Source: an uncultured Acidobacteriaceae bacterium (lineage in GTDB: Bacteria > Acidobacteriota > Terriglobia > Terriglobales > Acidobacteriaceae). From it: DNA of 64,000 bases. Where the stretch lies: contig CAVWSD010000002.1 in the NCBI GenBank assembly GCA_963757575.1, positions 255,069 through 319,068 of the forward strand, given 5' to 3'. Shown piece by piece: positions 19,354-29,933 of this stretch (position 1 is the stretch's first letter; each line of letters opens with the position of its first letter). Both the position numbers and the translations under genes were made by a program. The notes under the pieces were generated by a model. That model saw only the letters and a list, made by a program, of their open reading frames with translations. It did no database searches and was not told the origin of the DNA.

Positions 19354-20898
19354 TTACTCCTTGCGCCACTCGCGCCCATCGCGCCGCAGCAGTTCGTCCG
19401 CCGCCTTCGGCCCCCAGGTGCCGGCTGCGTAATTCGGAAAGCCGGTCGGCTTCCAATCCGCCCACTGCTCCAGCAGCGGCGTCAGGAGCGACCAGGTCGC
19501 CTCCACGCCCTCGCGATGCGCAAACAGCGTTCCGTCGCCAATCATCGCATCCAGCAGCAGCCGCTCGTAGCCGTTCGCCGAATTGGTGCCGAAGGCCTCC
19601 GCGTAATTGAAGTTCATGATCACCGGGCAGACTTCCATGTTCGGGCTGGGTACCTTGGCACCGAAGCGCAGCGAAATGCCCTCGTCCGGCTGGATGCGCA
19701 TACTGATGATGTTCGGCTGAATGTCGCTGCAACTGCCCGACAGGTCCTTGAAAAGCAACTGCGGAGGTTGCTTGAACTGGATCGCGATCTCCGTCGACCG
19801 CTTGGCCAGCCGCTTTCCGGCCCGTATGTAGAACGGCACACCCGCCCAGCGCCAGTTCTCGATGGTCAACCGCAGCGCCGCGTAGGTCTCGGTGCTCGAC
19901 TTGGGATCCACGCGGTCTTCCTGCCGGTAGCCCTTTACTTCGACGCCCTTCACCTTGCCCGGCCCATACTGCCCGCGCACCGTCTCTTCTACCCGGATGG
20001 GCTGGATCGCCTTCCAGACCTTGATCTTTTCCCGACGCAGCGCATCGGCGCCGAAGGAGATCGGCGGCTCCATCGCCACAAACGACAGCAGCTCCATCAC
20101 ATGGTTCTGCACCACATCGCGCAGCGCGCCGGCGCTCTCATAGAATGGCCCGCGCCCTTCGATCCCGATCTCCTCCGCCGCGGTGATCTGCACGTGATCG
20201 ACGTAGTTACGATTCCAGATGGGCTCGAATATTCCATTGGCAAAGCGGAAGACCAGGATGTTCTGCACCGTTTCCTTGCCCAGGTAATGATCGATGCGGA
20301 AGACCTGCTCCTCGCGGAAGACCGCGTTCACATCGTCATTCAGCTTGCGCGCCGACTCCAGATCGTGGCCGAAGGGCTTTTCAATGATGCAGTGCACCAT
20401 GCCCTGTTCCGGCTGCGCCATCTTGTGTTCGCCAAGCTGCTTCATGATGTCGGCAAAGTACTCCGGCGCCACGGCCAGGTAGAACAACCGGTTGCCCTTC
20501 GTGCCATGCTCCTGGTCAATCTGCTGGAGCGTTTGCTTCAGCGCGATGTAGCCTTCGCGATCGTCGAAGTTCATCTGGTGATAGCTCACCTTGCGCATGA
20601 ACTCGTCCAGCTTCGCTTCACTGTCCTTGACGCCGCCGAACTCCGTGATGCCCGCGCGCATGTCCTGCGCGAAGCTGTCGCCCAGCGGCCGCCGCGCCAC
20701 TCCCACTACGGCAAACTGCTGCGGCAGAAGCCCCGCCTGCTCCAGATGAAAGAGCGCCGGCAGCAGCTTGCGCTTGGTCAGATCGCCCGATGCGCCGAAG
20801 ATGACCACCACCGTCGGCTCCGGCGTGCGCTCCTTGGGCCGGCGCGCGCTCAATGTGGCAAGATCCACCTGTGCCTGTGTCACTGCTGCTGCTGCCAT
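19354..20898 (-). CDS. zwf: glucose-6-phosphate 1-dehydrogenase
   Basis: [19 protein letters not shown] (NADP site) and [11 protein letters not shown] (active site). Confidence 0.95.
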   Translation of the reverse strand: MAAAAVTQAQVDLATLSARRPKERTPEPTVVVIFGASGDLTKRKLLPALFHLEQAGLLPQQFAVVGVARRPLGDSFAQDMRAGITEFGGVKDSEAKLDEFMRKVSYHQMNFDDREGYIALKQTLQQIDQEHGTKGNRLFYLAVAPEYFADIMKQLGEHKMAQPEQGMVHCIIEKPFGHDLESARKLNDDVNAVFREEQVFRIDHYLGKETVQNILVFRFANGIFEPIWNRNYVDHVQITAAEEIGIEGRGPFYESAGALRDVVQNHVMELLSFVAMEPPISFGADALRREKIKVWKAIQPIRVEETVRGQYGPGKVKGVEVKGYRQEDRVDPKSSTETYAALRLTIENWRWAGVPFYIRAGKRLAKRSTEIAIQFKQPPQLLFKDLSGSCSDIQPNIISMRIQPDEGISLRFGAKVPSPNMEVCPVIMNFNYAEAFGTNSANGYERLLLDAMIGDGTLFAHREGVEATWSLLTPLLEQWADWKPTGFPNYAAGTWGPKAADELLRRDGREWRKE

Positions 20899-20932
20899 CG
20901 CGTCCTCCTTGTTGCTTCCAATTCCCTGTGAC

Positions 20933-21838
20933 TCAGCCCTTCTTCACCGCGTGCCCGCCAAACGCATTGCGCATGATCGCCAGCATACGGTCGGCGAAGT
21001 TATTTTCCTCGCGCGAGCGGATGCGGCGAATCAGCGACTCGGTGATCACGGGCGCCGACACATTCAGATCGATCGCCTCGAAGACCGTCCACCGGCCTTC
21101 GCCGGAGTCCACCACGTAAGCTTCCAGTCCCTCCAGTGTTGGATTCTTGTGCAGCGCATCGGTTGTTAAATCCAGCAGCCATGAACGGATCACCGAGCCC
21201 ACGCGCCAGATTTCTCCGATCGCCGCCAGGTCCAGCTTGAACTCTTCCTTGTGCTGCAGGATCGAGAAGCCTTCCGCATACGACTGCATCATGCCGTACT
21301 CGATCGCGTTGTGCACCATCTTGACGAAGTGCCCCGCGCCCGCAGGGCCGACATGGCCCCAGCCCTGGTCCTTCGCCGGCGCCAGCGTCTCGAAGACCGG
21401 CCGCAGATAGTTCACCGCCTCATCCGGGCCGCCGACCATCATGCTGTAACCCTCTTTCAGCCCCCACACGCCACCCGAAGTTCCACAGTCGACAAAGTGG
21501 AATCCCTTCGCCTCCTCTGCCTTCGCGCGCCGCTGCGAGTCCTTGTAGTACGAATTGCCGCCGTCGATGAAGATATCGCCTTTCTGCATGAGCGGCTCGA
21601 GCTTCGCAATCGTCTGGTCCACAGGATCGCCCGACGGCACCATCAGCCAGATCGCGCGCGGCGCCTTCATGCTCTTCACCAGCTCCTCGAGCGAGGTCAC
21701 ACCCTTCGAGCCGTCACTCGTCAGCTTCTTCACCACATCGGCGTTGAAGTCGAACCCGAACACTGTATGGCCGCCCTCGCGCAGCCGCGTCGCCATGTTG
21801 AAGCCCATCTTCCCCAGACCGATCAATCCCAGTTCCAT
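20933..21838 (-). CDS. gnd: 6-phosphogluconate dehydrogenase, short (~300 aa) decarboxylating type
   Basis: ORF 20933..21919; ATG 21838 gives the MELGLIGLGKMGFNMATRL Rossmann start. GAGHFVKMVHNAIEYGMMQ. Confidence 0.85.
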   Translation of the reverse strand: MELGLIGLGKMGFNMATRLREGGHTVFGFDFNADVVKKLTSDGSKGVTSLEELVKSMKAPRAIWLMVPSGDPVDQTIAKLEPLMQKGDIFIDGGNSYYKDSQRRAKAEEAKGFHFVDCGTSGGVWGLKEGYSMMVGGPDEAVNYLRPVFETLAPAKDQGWGHVGPAGAGHFVKMVHNAIEYGMMQSYAEGFSILQHKEEFKLDLAAIGEIWRVGSVIRSWLLDLTTDALHKNPTLEGLEAYVVDSGEGRWTVFEAIDLNVSAPVITESLIRRIRSREENNFADRMLAIMRNAFGGHAVKKG

Positions 21839-21884
21839 CGCGTCTCCTCCCGAGCTTTCTCTATCGCTAAAATTCAAAAATTGG

Positions 21885-22529
21885 TCAATCCAGCTCCACG
21901 CCCAAAGCGCGCAGCGCATCCTTCAAAGCCTCTTCACCCTTGTACGGGATCGCATGCATCCCCACCTGCGCCGCCGCCGCGCAGTTTTTGTCGCGGTCGT
22001 CCACAAACGCGCACTCCTCCGGCCTGAAGTGCAGCATTGCCACCCCCGCTCGGAAGATCCGCGGCTCCGGCTTGCGCATGCCGAGATACGCGGAGCAGAA
22101 AAATCCATCGAAGTATTCCGTGAGCCCAAACTTCTCAATGCGGTAGTCGTTCAGGGAACCGGACTCGTTGTTCAGCATCGCCATCTTCAGGCCTCCGCTG
22201 TTCGGAAGGTTGTCGCGGCGAAGCGCGGCGATCACATTCTTCGCGCCGCCCGGCAGCCACTTCGACTGCTCACGCACCGCCCGTATGAAGTCCGCAGGGG
22301 TAAAGCTGCGTTCTTTGAAGAACACCGTCTGTTGCAAGAACTCGTCGTCCGAGAGCTCGCCCCGCTCCCAGCGGTCGTTGGCTTCTTCGTGGCGTGCCTC
22401 GTACTCCTCGCGGGGGATCGCGAATTGCGCCAGCACACGCGCGCGCTCCTCGTGGTCCCATCCATTGGTCAGCAGCACGCCGCCAATGTCCCAGTAGATT
22501 GCGCGGATTTCCGGAGGTGCGGATGCCAT
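21885..22529 (-). CDS. HAD-IA hydrolase, YihX-like (possible sugar-phosphate phosphatase)
   Basis: Motif I is WDIGGVLL (D-x-G, as in E. coli YihX FDLGNVIV as I recall). ERGELSDDEF, YLGMRKPEPRIF, FVDDRDKNCAAAAQVGM. Confidence 0.7.
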   Translation of the reverse strand: MASAPPEIRAIYWDIGGVLLTNGWDHEERARVLAQFAIPREEYEARHEEANDRWERGELSDDEFLQQTVFFKERSFTPADFIRAVREQSKWLPGGAKNVIAALRRDNLPNSGGLKMAMLNNESGSLNDYRIEKFGLTEYFDGFFCSAYLGMRKPEPRIFRAGVAMLHFRPEECAFVDDRDKNCAAAAQVGMHAIPYKGEEALKDALRALGVELD

Positions 22530-22639
22530 GGTTTCCGTATCGGTTTCCGTATTCAGGAGGCTCGCGGTCCTGTCGCTTGTGCTGCCGTTCTCATCTTCAA
22601 GACGCGAGGGCCGGCAGAGCGGCCCTCATCGTCTCGGAA

Positions 22640-24691
22640 TTATCGCGTGCCCACCGGCTCCGGCGCGCCCTTTTTCGACGACGCCGTGGTCTCTCGCTCG
22701 TAGTTCTCCAGCAGCTTCTTCGCGCGCGCATAGACGCCCTCTGCGTTGAAGCCCAGCTTCTCCAGCACCGTCGTGCCCGGAGCCGATGCGCCGAAGCGGT
22801 CCATACCGATCACGTCGCCGTGCCGTCCTACCCACTTCCACCAGCCCAGCGGCGCGCCGGCCTCCACCGCCAGCTTCGGCAGGTGATCCGGGAAGATCGA
22901 CGCCTTGTACGCCTCGTCCTGCTGCTCGAAGAGCCGCCAGCTCGGCATCGAGATCACGCGCGTCGGCGTGCCCTCGCCGTTCAGCTTCTTCGCTGCTTCG
23001 AGGGCCGGCCACAGCTCCGCGCCCGTCCCCACAATCAGCAGCTTCGGCGCATCGCCGCCCTGCTCCACGATGTACGCGCCCTTTGCGACATTCGCCATCA
23101 CGTTCAGCTTCGCCGCGTCCAGGATGGGCAGGTCCTGCCGTGACAGCGCCATGAACGACGGCGCCTTGGTCTCGAGCGCCACCTTCCACACCGCCGCTGT
23201 CTCATTCGCATCGGCCGGCCGCAGGTCAATCAGGTTCGGCGTCGCACGCAGCATCATCAACTGCTCCACCGGCTGGTGTGTCGGCCCGTCTTCGCCCAGG
23301 CCAATCGAGTCGTGCGTAAACACGAAGATCGAATGCGACTTCATGATGGCCGCAATGCGCACCGCCGGCTTCGCATAGTCGACAAAATTGAAGAAGGTCG
23401 ACCCATACGGAATCACGCCGCCATGCACCGCCATGCCGTTCACCATGGCGCACATGCCAAACTCGCGCACGCCGAAGAAGACGTTCCGGCCGGCCGGGTC
23501 TACGTGGAAATTCCCGCCGTCCTTGAAGATCGTCTTGGTCGACGTCGTCAGGTCGGCCGCGCCGCCAAACACCTCCGGCACCACCTTGGCGAAGGCATTC
23601 ATCACCGTGTTGCCCGCATTGCGCGTGGCGATCGGCTTGCCGCCCGTCTCAAACACCGGCAACGACTTCTCCCAGCCATCCGCCAGCTTCTGCTCATAAT
23701 GCGTGCGCTTGAACTGTGCGGCCAGCTCGGGGTTCGCCTGCTCGTACTTCGCAAAGAGATTGTTCCACTCCTGCTCTTCCTCGGCGCCCTTGTCCACCGC
23801 CTGCAGCCAGTGCTTGGCCGCATCCTCCGGCACCCAGAAGCTTTTGTCCGCCGGCCAGCCCAGGTTCTCTTTGGTCTTCTTCGTATCCTCCGGCCCCAGC
23901 GCCTCACCGTGCGCCTTGTTCGTGCCTGCCTTCGGGCTGCCGTAGCCGATGATGGTGCGAACCGCGATGAATGACGGCTTGTCTTTGATTGCCTTCGCCT
24001 CACGGATCGCTTCGGCGATCGCTGCCAGGTCGTTGCCGTCTACCACCTTCTGCGTGTGCCAGTGGTACGCATCGAAGCGCTTCAGCACATCCTCGGTAAA
24101 GGACAGCTCCGTCGGGCCATCGAGCGAGATCAGATTGTCGTCATAGAGCACGATGGTCTTGCCCAGCCCGAGCGTTCCCGCGAGCGAGGCCGCCTCGTGC
24201 GAGACGCCCTCCATCATGTCGCCGTCGCCGCACAGGATGTAGGTGTAGTGATCCACCACGTCGAAGCCCGGCTTGTTGTACACCGCTGCCAGGTGCTTCT
24301 CCGCTGCCGCCATCCCGATGCCCATCGCGAAGCCCTGGCCCAGCGGGCCGGTCGTCACCTCCACGCCATCCGTATCGCCGTACTCCGGATGCCCCGGCGT
24401 CCGCGAGCCCCACTGCCGGAAGCCTTTCAGGTCATCGATCGTCACGTCGTAGCCGGTCAGGTGCAGCACGCCATACAGCAGCGCGGACGCGTGCCCGTTC
24501 GACAGCACGAAGCGGTCGCGGTTCGCCCACTTCGGGTTCTTCGGGTTGTGTCGCATGAATTCGTGGAACAGCAGGTAGGCAATGGGAGCATCTCCCAGCG
24601 GGGCGCCGGGATGGCCGCTCTTGGCCTTCTCTACGGCATCGACTGCCAGAAAACGCAGTGCGTTGATCGCTGTTTGCTGAATGTCACTCAT
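22640..24691 (-). CDS. tkt: transketolase
   Basis: ORF 22640..24838; ATG 24691 gives MSDIQQTAINALRFLAVDAVEKAKSGHPGAPLG. GDGDMMEGVSHEAASLAG and HDSIGLGEDGPTHQP. Confidence 0.95.
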   Translation of the reverse strand: MSDIQQTAINALRFLAVDAVEKAKSGHPGAPLGDAPIAYLLFHEFMRHNPKNPKWANRDRFVLSNGHASALLYGVLHLTGYDVTIDDLKGFRQWGSRTPGHPEYGDTDGVEVTTGPLGQGFAMGIGMAAAEKHLAAVYNKPGFDVVDHYTYILCGDGDMMEGVSHEAASLAGTLGLGKTIVLYDDNLISLDGPTELSFTEDVLKRFDAYHWHTQKVVDGNDLAAIAEAIREAKAIKDKPSFIAVRTIIGYGSPKAGTNKAHGEALGPEDTKKTKENLGWPADKSFWVPEDAAKHWLQAVDKGAEEEQEWNNLFAKYEQANPELAAQFKRTHYEQKLADGWEKSLPVFETGGKPIATRNAGNTVMNAFAKVVPEVFGGAADLTTSTKTIFKDGGNFHVDPAGRNVFFGVREFGMCAMVNGMAVHGGVIPYGSTFFNFVDYAKPAVRIAAIMKSHSIFVFTHDSIGLGEDGPTHQPVEQLMMLRATPNLIDLRPADANETAAVWKVALETKAPSFMALSRQDLPILDAAKLNVMANVAKGAYIVEQGGDAPKLLIVGTGAELWPALEAAKKLNGEGTPTRVISMPSWRLFEQQDEAYKASIFPDHLPKLAVEAGAPLGWWKWVGRHGDVIGMDRFGASAPGTTVLEKLGFNAEGVYARAKKLLENYERETTASSKKGAPEPVGTR

Positions 24692-24950
24692 GTGCGGGTG
24701 TGCCTCTCTTTCGCGATGGGTCGCGCTATGGACCGCCGGGCCCGCGCGATGGATGATCCGTGTTCGTTTGCCCTTGCAGTGTGTTGCTGGCTGCGGCTTC
24801 GGTCTATCGAACTGTAGCGCCGCCGAGGGCGCAACCACTTCACTCTACATGCTTCGCACAAACCGGCTATGAAAGCTGTCTGCACAATCTCTAATATTCA
24901 GGATGCAGCCATCACCGCATCGTCTGCACGGCTCGCGCCCTAAGCATCCA

Positions 24951-27365
24951 TTATCGTTCCAAAGTCACCGAGTAATTCCGTCCCTCCCACTGCCCCCGCG
25001 CCGGCCAGTAGAGGGTAAAGTCCAGCCGCTCCCCGGCCCCGGGCACCGCATCCGCGTAGAAGCCGCAGGACTCGAGCGCAATGGCCTCGGCGGTTTCCGA
25101 CGTCTGCCAGCCGTCCGTGCTCCAGCGCAGCTCAAAGATCTCGTCCGTCTCCACCCGCAGCCGCCGCGTGGCCTCCATCCGCACCACCTGCCGGTCGCGC
25201 CGCCACACCTCCACCGTGCCCCGCGCCCGGGGCGTCGCGTAGCGCTCGGCCAGCGCGTCCACCCGGTCAAAGACTCGCCCGTCTATGGCAGAGCGCAGCA
25301 GCTTTACATACTCCGCGTGCGCCCATACCAGCGGCATCGCCGAGCCGGTCGGCCGGCCCCGCCGCATTCCAGTGTCCGGCACGTCATCCTTGTCCCAGAC
25401 CTGCTCCGGCAGCATGCCACCCTTGGAGCAGAAGCCCTCGATGGTGCGGATCAGCGCCGATACACCTCGCCCCGCCGCCAGCTCATAGTGCGCGCGCTCG
25501 CCCGTCAACAGCGGCCAGCAGGAGCCCTGCCCCCATCCATCGAAGGGCGCGCCGTCGGGATGGTTCCCGTAGCCATCGTGGTTATACCGCCGGTAGCCTG
25601 GCCCCTGCGGCAGATCGCGTTTCAGGATCGCATCCGTCACCTTCACCGTCGCCAGGACCATCGGGTCGTCCGGACGGCGTATGCCGTAGCGCACCAGCTC
25701 CAGGAAGCCGCCATCCACCACCTCGCGTGCCTCGAACTCGTATTTCTCGCCCGGCCCGCGATTATTGAGTACCAGCCTCTCCGTGCCTGCGTCCGCGTGC
25801 ATGTACGGCTCGGCGCCCGCGGCCTCCGGCGGCCGGATACGCATGTAGTGCTGCTTCACCCCCGCCAGCAGCACGCCATCATTGGTGACCGTCCAGTCCT
25901 CCAGGTGCGACTCCAGCCAGTCCGCCTGCTCCTCTAGAAACGTCGCCAGCTCCGGCTGGTTCCGCGATCGCACCATCTCCGCCGCGCAGATCAGCGCCGC
26001 AATTACCACCGTCAGAGTGGACGGCGAGTAGCCTGCGCACTCCTCCCAGCGCTCCTGCTGCGTCACTGGGGCATGCCGCACCAGGAACCCCGCCGCGCGC
26101 TCCACAAACGGCAGCACGTCGAAGTCGCCCAGCGCCTCCAGTTTCCAGAGCCGGTACGCCAGCAGGATGGGAAACGCCGTCTCATCCAGTTGCACGCCGG
26201 ACCAGTAGGGCGCCCCGGTGACCCAGAAGTTCTGCGGAAAGCCGCCGTCCGCCTTCTGCGTGCACGCCAGGTAGATCAGCGCGCGCATCGCGCTGCTCGT
26301 GCGCCCGCAGGCCACCAGCGCAGTGGCCGTCTGCACCATGTCCCGCGTCCATACCAGGTGATAGCCGCCCAGGTCGGCGTCGCCCTTCGCCTGCCCCCAG
26401 GGGATCGATGCCGAGGCGATAAACGCGCCCGCGTAGGTCTTGTCCTCGTGGGTTAGCAGCACGCCGTAGCTGGTCTTCAGCAGCATGCCGCCGTCTCCGC
26501 CTGCTCCGGCCAGCTCCACCAGCGGCTTCACCCGCTCCCACTGCTCGATGAACCGCTCCATCTGTTTCGCGAAGGGCACATTCAACGAGCCCACCGTCCG
26601 CGTCAACGCGGAGTGCGGCGCGCCCCCGAACCCCACCGCCAGCACAAACTCCGGATGCTCCGCGACGTCGATCTCGCCGGTCAGCGCGATGTTGCCGTCC
26701 AGCGCTGACCCATATGTCCATTCCATCCGGTGGTGCCGCGTCACGTCCTGATAGCCGTCGCTGGTGCCCACGAACCCGCAGCTCGCATTCGAGAAGCCGC
26801 AGTCCACCGCCATGGCCAGCGCCGACGTGCCCTTCCATGCGAGCAGCACCCGCCGGCCGGCCACGTCCAGCACGCGTCCGTTGTTGTGCGCGCCGCCCAC
26901 CTCCAAATGCGGGGCCAGCAGCGCATAGGCCTTCAGCTTGCGCAGCAGGTCGGGGTCGCCGGAGAATTTCACGTGCATCAGCAGCACCGGCGCATGCGGA
27001 TCGCTGATGATCTCCTTGGTGATGGTGTACCGCCCCGCGGGATCGCGGTTCACAATGCCCACCGCGGGCGCATCCGGCGCCAGGTAGCAGAAGCTGTGCT
27101 TCAGATCGCGCTTCTCCTCATGGACGAAGCTCTCGCCGTCCGTGACCAGCAGCTCCAGATCGCGGACCTGCGGCTTATCGATGGTGGGGTTGTAAATCTC
27201 GTTGATGGTCCCGTGCGAGGTCGTCCACCAGATTTTGCTCGAGGTGGAGTAGGCCGTCCCTACAACCGATTTCTGACTCGACGTCCATCGCGGCTCCAGC
27301 CCCGGCGCGCCCGGCGCCTCGCCATGCCCATCGATCCACCGGTACACCGCCTGCTCGTCGCTCAC
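24951..27365 (-). CDS. GH15 glucoamylase/glucodextranase-family protein, apparently cytoplasmic
   Basis: ORF 24951..27395 (GTG). The GTG at 27365 follows a GGGGAGAGG RBS. N-domain APGAPGLEPRWTSSQK; catalytic (alpha/alpha)6 region GFPQNFWVTGAPYWSGVQLDETAFPILLAYRLW. Confidence 0.8.
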   Translation of the reverse strand: MSDEQAVYRWIDGHGEAPGAPGLEPRWTSSQKSVVGTAYSTSSKIWWTTSHGTINEIYNPTIDKPQVRDLELLVTDGESFVHEEKRDLKHSFCYLAPDAPAVGIVNRDPAGRYTITKEIISDPHAPVLLMHVKFSGDPDLLRKLKAYALLAPHLEVGGAHNNGRVLDVAGRRVLLAWKGTSALAMAVDCGFSNASCGFVGTSDGYQDVTRHHRMEWTYGSALDGNIALTGEIDVAEHPEFVLAVGFGGAPHSALTRTVGSLNVPFAKQMERFIEQWERVKPLVELAGAGGDGGMLLKTSYGVLLTHEDKTYAGAFIASASIPWGQAKGDADLGGYHLVWTRDMVQTATALVACGRTSSAMRALIYLACTQKADGGFPQNFWVTGAPYWSGVQLDETAFPILLAYRLWKLEALGDFDVLPFVERAAGFLVRHAPVTQQERWEECAGYSPSTLTVVIAALICAAEMVRSRNQPELATFLEEQADWLESHLEDWTVTNDGVLLAGVKQHYMRIRPPEAAGAEPYMHADAGTERLVLNNRGPGEKYEFEAREVVDGGFLELVRYGIRRPDDPMVLATVKVTDAILKRDLPQGPGYRRYNHDGYGNHPDGAPFDGWGQGSCWPLLTGERAHYELAAGRGVSALIRTIEGFCSKGGMLPEQVWDKDDVPDTGMRRGRPTGSAMPLVWAHAEYVKLLRSAIDGRVFDRVDALAERYATPRARGTVEVWRRDRQVVRMEATRRLRVETDEIFELRWSTDGWQTSETAEAIALESCGFYADAVPGAGERLDFTLYWPARGQWEGRNYSVTLER

Positions 27366-27504
27366 TCGCCTCTCCCCGCCGCGCAACAGGCACACAAAAT
27401 CACAATGCGCTTAAGACGCTGCTCACCAGGCTCTGGATACAAAAGAGTGCTAAATCGCCGAGGCTTACACGGTGGAAGTCGAGGCTAGAAGCGAGAAGCT
27501 GTTG

Positions 27505-28926
27505 TCATAGCACCTGCGTATTCGCATCCGGATCGGCGCGGAAGCTGCACTCCCGCATAGCGTGCTGGACTTCGCGATTTTTCATGAAAAATTCCCACAC
27601 CGAGCCGGTACGCAGGTTCTCCGCCATCAACAAGCCGACCCCCACATCGATCCCGATCACATCCTCCGCAAACCACCCCGCGGTGGGCTGGAAGGCATCG
27701 ACGAAGCCATACCGCTGGTACACGCGATCCTTGTAGCGGTCGCGCATGGTCAGCAGCACATGCGCGCACTCCGCCGGCAGAAAGACCACCGAACCCGCGC
27801 ACGCGCACGGCACCAGCGTGCCATCCGGCTGCCCCATGCTGGGCGGCCCGCCCCACACCCGGTAGCCCTGGCGCGAGTCCGACGCCGAAATCCCCCACAT
27901 GTTTTCATCTATCCAGGGGAACTTCTGCCCCAGGACCAGGCACCAAAGCTGGTGCGCGCGTGTCGCCGCAATCGAATTGGTGAAGTAGTTCGCGTGCTTG
28001 TCCCGAATATCGCGGTAGTCGACCCAGGCCTGGGGATACTGGTGGATGAACAGCGGCGCCACGCCGGTGATGTAATCAATGCCGCCATAGGGCACGATCG
28101 GCCGCTGCAACGCCTCCCAGCTCGCCGCCGTGACGGGATGTGTCGGCGACGCGATCGCCAGCAGGTACATCGTCGTCAGCTCGGCGTAAATGTCCCAGCG
28201 ATGCTTCAGGAATCCCTGCTCCGGCAGCCAGCCCATGGACAGTGTGTCGCCACCGTTCAGCATCCACTGCCAGTCCACCCGGCGGTAGAGCGTTGTCGCC
28301 AGGTTTTCGATCCGCTTGTTGCCCTCGAAGTACGTCCGGCAATGCAGAATGCCGCACAGCAGCAGCGAGGTGTCGATCGACGAAAGCTCCGAGCCGAACA
28401 TCCGCTTGCCGCTCTCTATGTCGATGAAGTGATACAGAAACCCATGCTCGTGCGGGCACTCGTTCAGCAGATAGGAAAGCGTCCGCTCCACCCGCTGCTC
28501 GCAGTCCAGCGGCCGCAGGTAGTGGCGCCGGTGCGCAATGCACATCGCGCTCAGCCCGAAGCCGGTCGAGGCAATCGACGCCGCACGGCTGAGCGAGCGC
28601 CCATTCGAGGGAGCGCGGTCCCGCACCAGCCCGGTCTTCGGGTGCGCCTCGTTGTAGAAGAAATCGCAGTTGCGGCCTTCCATGTCGTCCAGCAGGTCTT
28701 CGGCTGCTTTCGGCACCTGGGTCAGCGGGCGATTGATGAACACGCCCGGCGGATGCCGGTACTCCTCCGCCGCCTGCTGCTGCGGCTTCGGCGCCTGGTT
28801 GGTTGCCGGGGCCGTTGGCTGATTCTGCATCGCATCCGCAAGGCTCGCGGGCGCGCTCAGGGCCATTACGCCTGCTGCGCCGGCCTCGCGCAGCAGTTGG
28901 CGTCGGGTTATGCGTCGTCTTGCCAA
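27505..28926 (-). CDS. Tat-exported glucoamylase-like / GH144-like (beta-1,2-glucanase family) protein
   Basis: ORF 27505..28968 (TTG). The TTG at 28926 gives MARRRITRRQLLREAGAAGVMALSAPASLADA (twin-arginine). The body (GLVRDRAPSNG, ASTGFGLSA, FLYHFIDIESGKR, SSIDTSLLLCG) recalls the PF10091/GH144 family from memory. Confidence 0.6.
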   Translation of the reverse strand: MARRRITRRQLLREAGAAGVMALSAPASLADAMQNQPTAPATNQAPKPQQQAAEEYRHPPGVFINRPLTQVPKAAEDLLDDMEGRNCDFFYNEAHPKTGLVRDRAPSNGRSLSRAASIASTGFGLSAMCIAHRRHYLRPLDCEQRVERTLSYLLNECPHEHGFLYHFIDIESGKRMFGSELSSIDTSLLLCGILHCRTYFEGNKRIENLATTLYRRVDWQWMLNGGDTLSMGWLPEQGFLKHRWDIYAELTTMYLLAIASPTHPVTAASWEALQRPIVPYGGIDYITGVAPLFIHQYPQAWVDYRDIRDKHANYFTNSIAATRAHQLWCLVLGQKFPWIDENMWGISASDSRQGYRVWGGPPSMGQPDGTLVPCACAGSVVFLPAECAHVLLTMRDRYKDRVYQRYGFVDAFQPTAGWFAEDVIGIDVGVGLLMAENLRTGSVWEFFMKNREVQHAMRECSFRADPDANTQVL

Positions 28927-29181
28927 ATAGAAAGTTTTTCCTCTACTAGACTCGCATAGGACTCTCAATCATGGCAGCCCACCGCCTGGCGTATGGAACC
29001 TCACGGCTCCACGCTGCATCCATACTTGTGTATACAGAACCTGTACGCCTGCCCGTCTCCCATTTCCCCGCTGGTCACATTACACGGAGCCGGGAATGGC
29101 AATGACGAGTCATATCCCGGCCGCAAACTCCGGCCCTAACCACCTGGTTTGAAAACCGGTCCCTACTGAGGAGGACACGCT

Positions 29182-29796
29182 TTGGCATACGAAGTTCCAC
29201 CACTGCCCTACGACTACGCAGCGCTCGAACCGCACATCGACGAAGCCACCATGAAGCTGCATCACGACAAGCACCACGCCGCCTATGTCGCCAAGCTCAA
29301 CGGCGCGGTCGAGAAGCATCCCGAGCTCGGCAAGCAGAGCCCAGAAGAACTCATCAAGAATTTATCGAAAGTTCCCGAAGACGTCCGCGGCGTCGTGCGC
29401 AACAACGGCGGCGGCCATCTCAACCACTCCATGTTCTGGGAGATCATGAAGCCCAAGGGCGGCGGCGATCCCACCGGCCCCATCGCCGATCAGATCAAGA
29501 AGGACTTCGGCAGCTTCAACGATTTCAAGACGCAGTTTGAAGAAAAAACCGCCGCGCAATTCGGCTCCGGCTGGGGCTGGCTAGTGTGGAGCGGTGGCAA
29601 GCTCTCCATCGTCACGACACCCAATCAGGACAATCCCATCGCCGACGGCAAGTACCCCGTGCTGGGCAATGATGTGTGGGAGCACGCCTATTACCTCAAG
29701 TACCAGAACAAGCGTCCCGACTACCTGAAGGCCTGGTGGAACACCGTGAACTGGGACAAGGTCAACGAGCGCTTCGCCACCGCCCAGAAGAGCTGA
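29182..29796 (+). CDS. sodA: Fe/Mn superoxide dismutase (Mn-type signatures)
   Basis: TTG start after [67 protein letters not shown]. Confidence 0.9.
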   Translation: MAYEVPPLPYDYAALEPHIDEATMKLHHDKHHAAYVAKLNGAVEKHPELGKQSPEELIKNLSKVPEDVRGVVRNNGGGHLNHSMFWEIMKPKGGGDPTGPIADQIKKDFGSFNDFKTQFEEKTAAQFGSGWGWLVWSGGKLSIVTTPNQDNPIADGKYPVLGNDVWEHAYYLKYQNKRPDYLKAWWNTVNWDKVNERFATAQKS

Positions 29797-29803
29797 CAGA
29801 GCG

Positions 29804-29848
29804 GTGCGATGAACAGTAGTGCGATGAACAGTAGTCCGATGAACATGG
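29804..29848 (+). repeat. 15-bp tandem repeat x3 (third copy degenerate)
   Basis: gtgcgatgaacagta gtgcgatgaacagta gtccgatgaacatgg, just downstream of the sodA stop. Confidence 0.9.
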
Positions 29849-29933
29849 GTGCCTATGTCCCTGCAATGGGAGATGGGCACCCACCCCGCTCACCCGCAAT
29901 ACCCAACATCAGCGGCCAAGGTCCTGTACCTCC

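Noticed and set aside
29804-29848. CRISPR array (also considered for 60748..60792)
   Set aside because: These are contiguous 15-bp units without spacers, and the second lies inside a coding region. There are no cas genes in the window.
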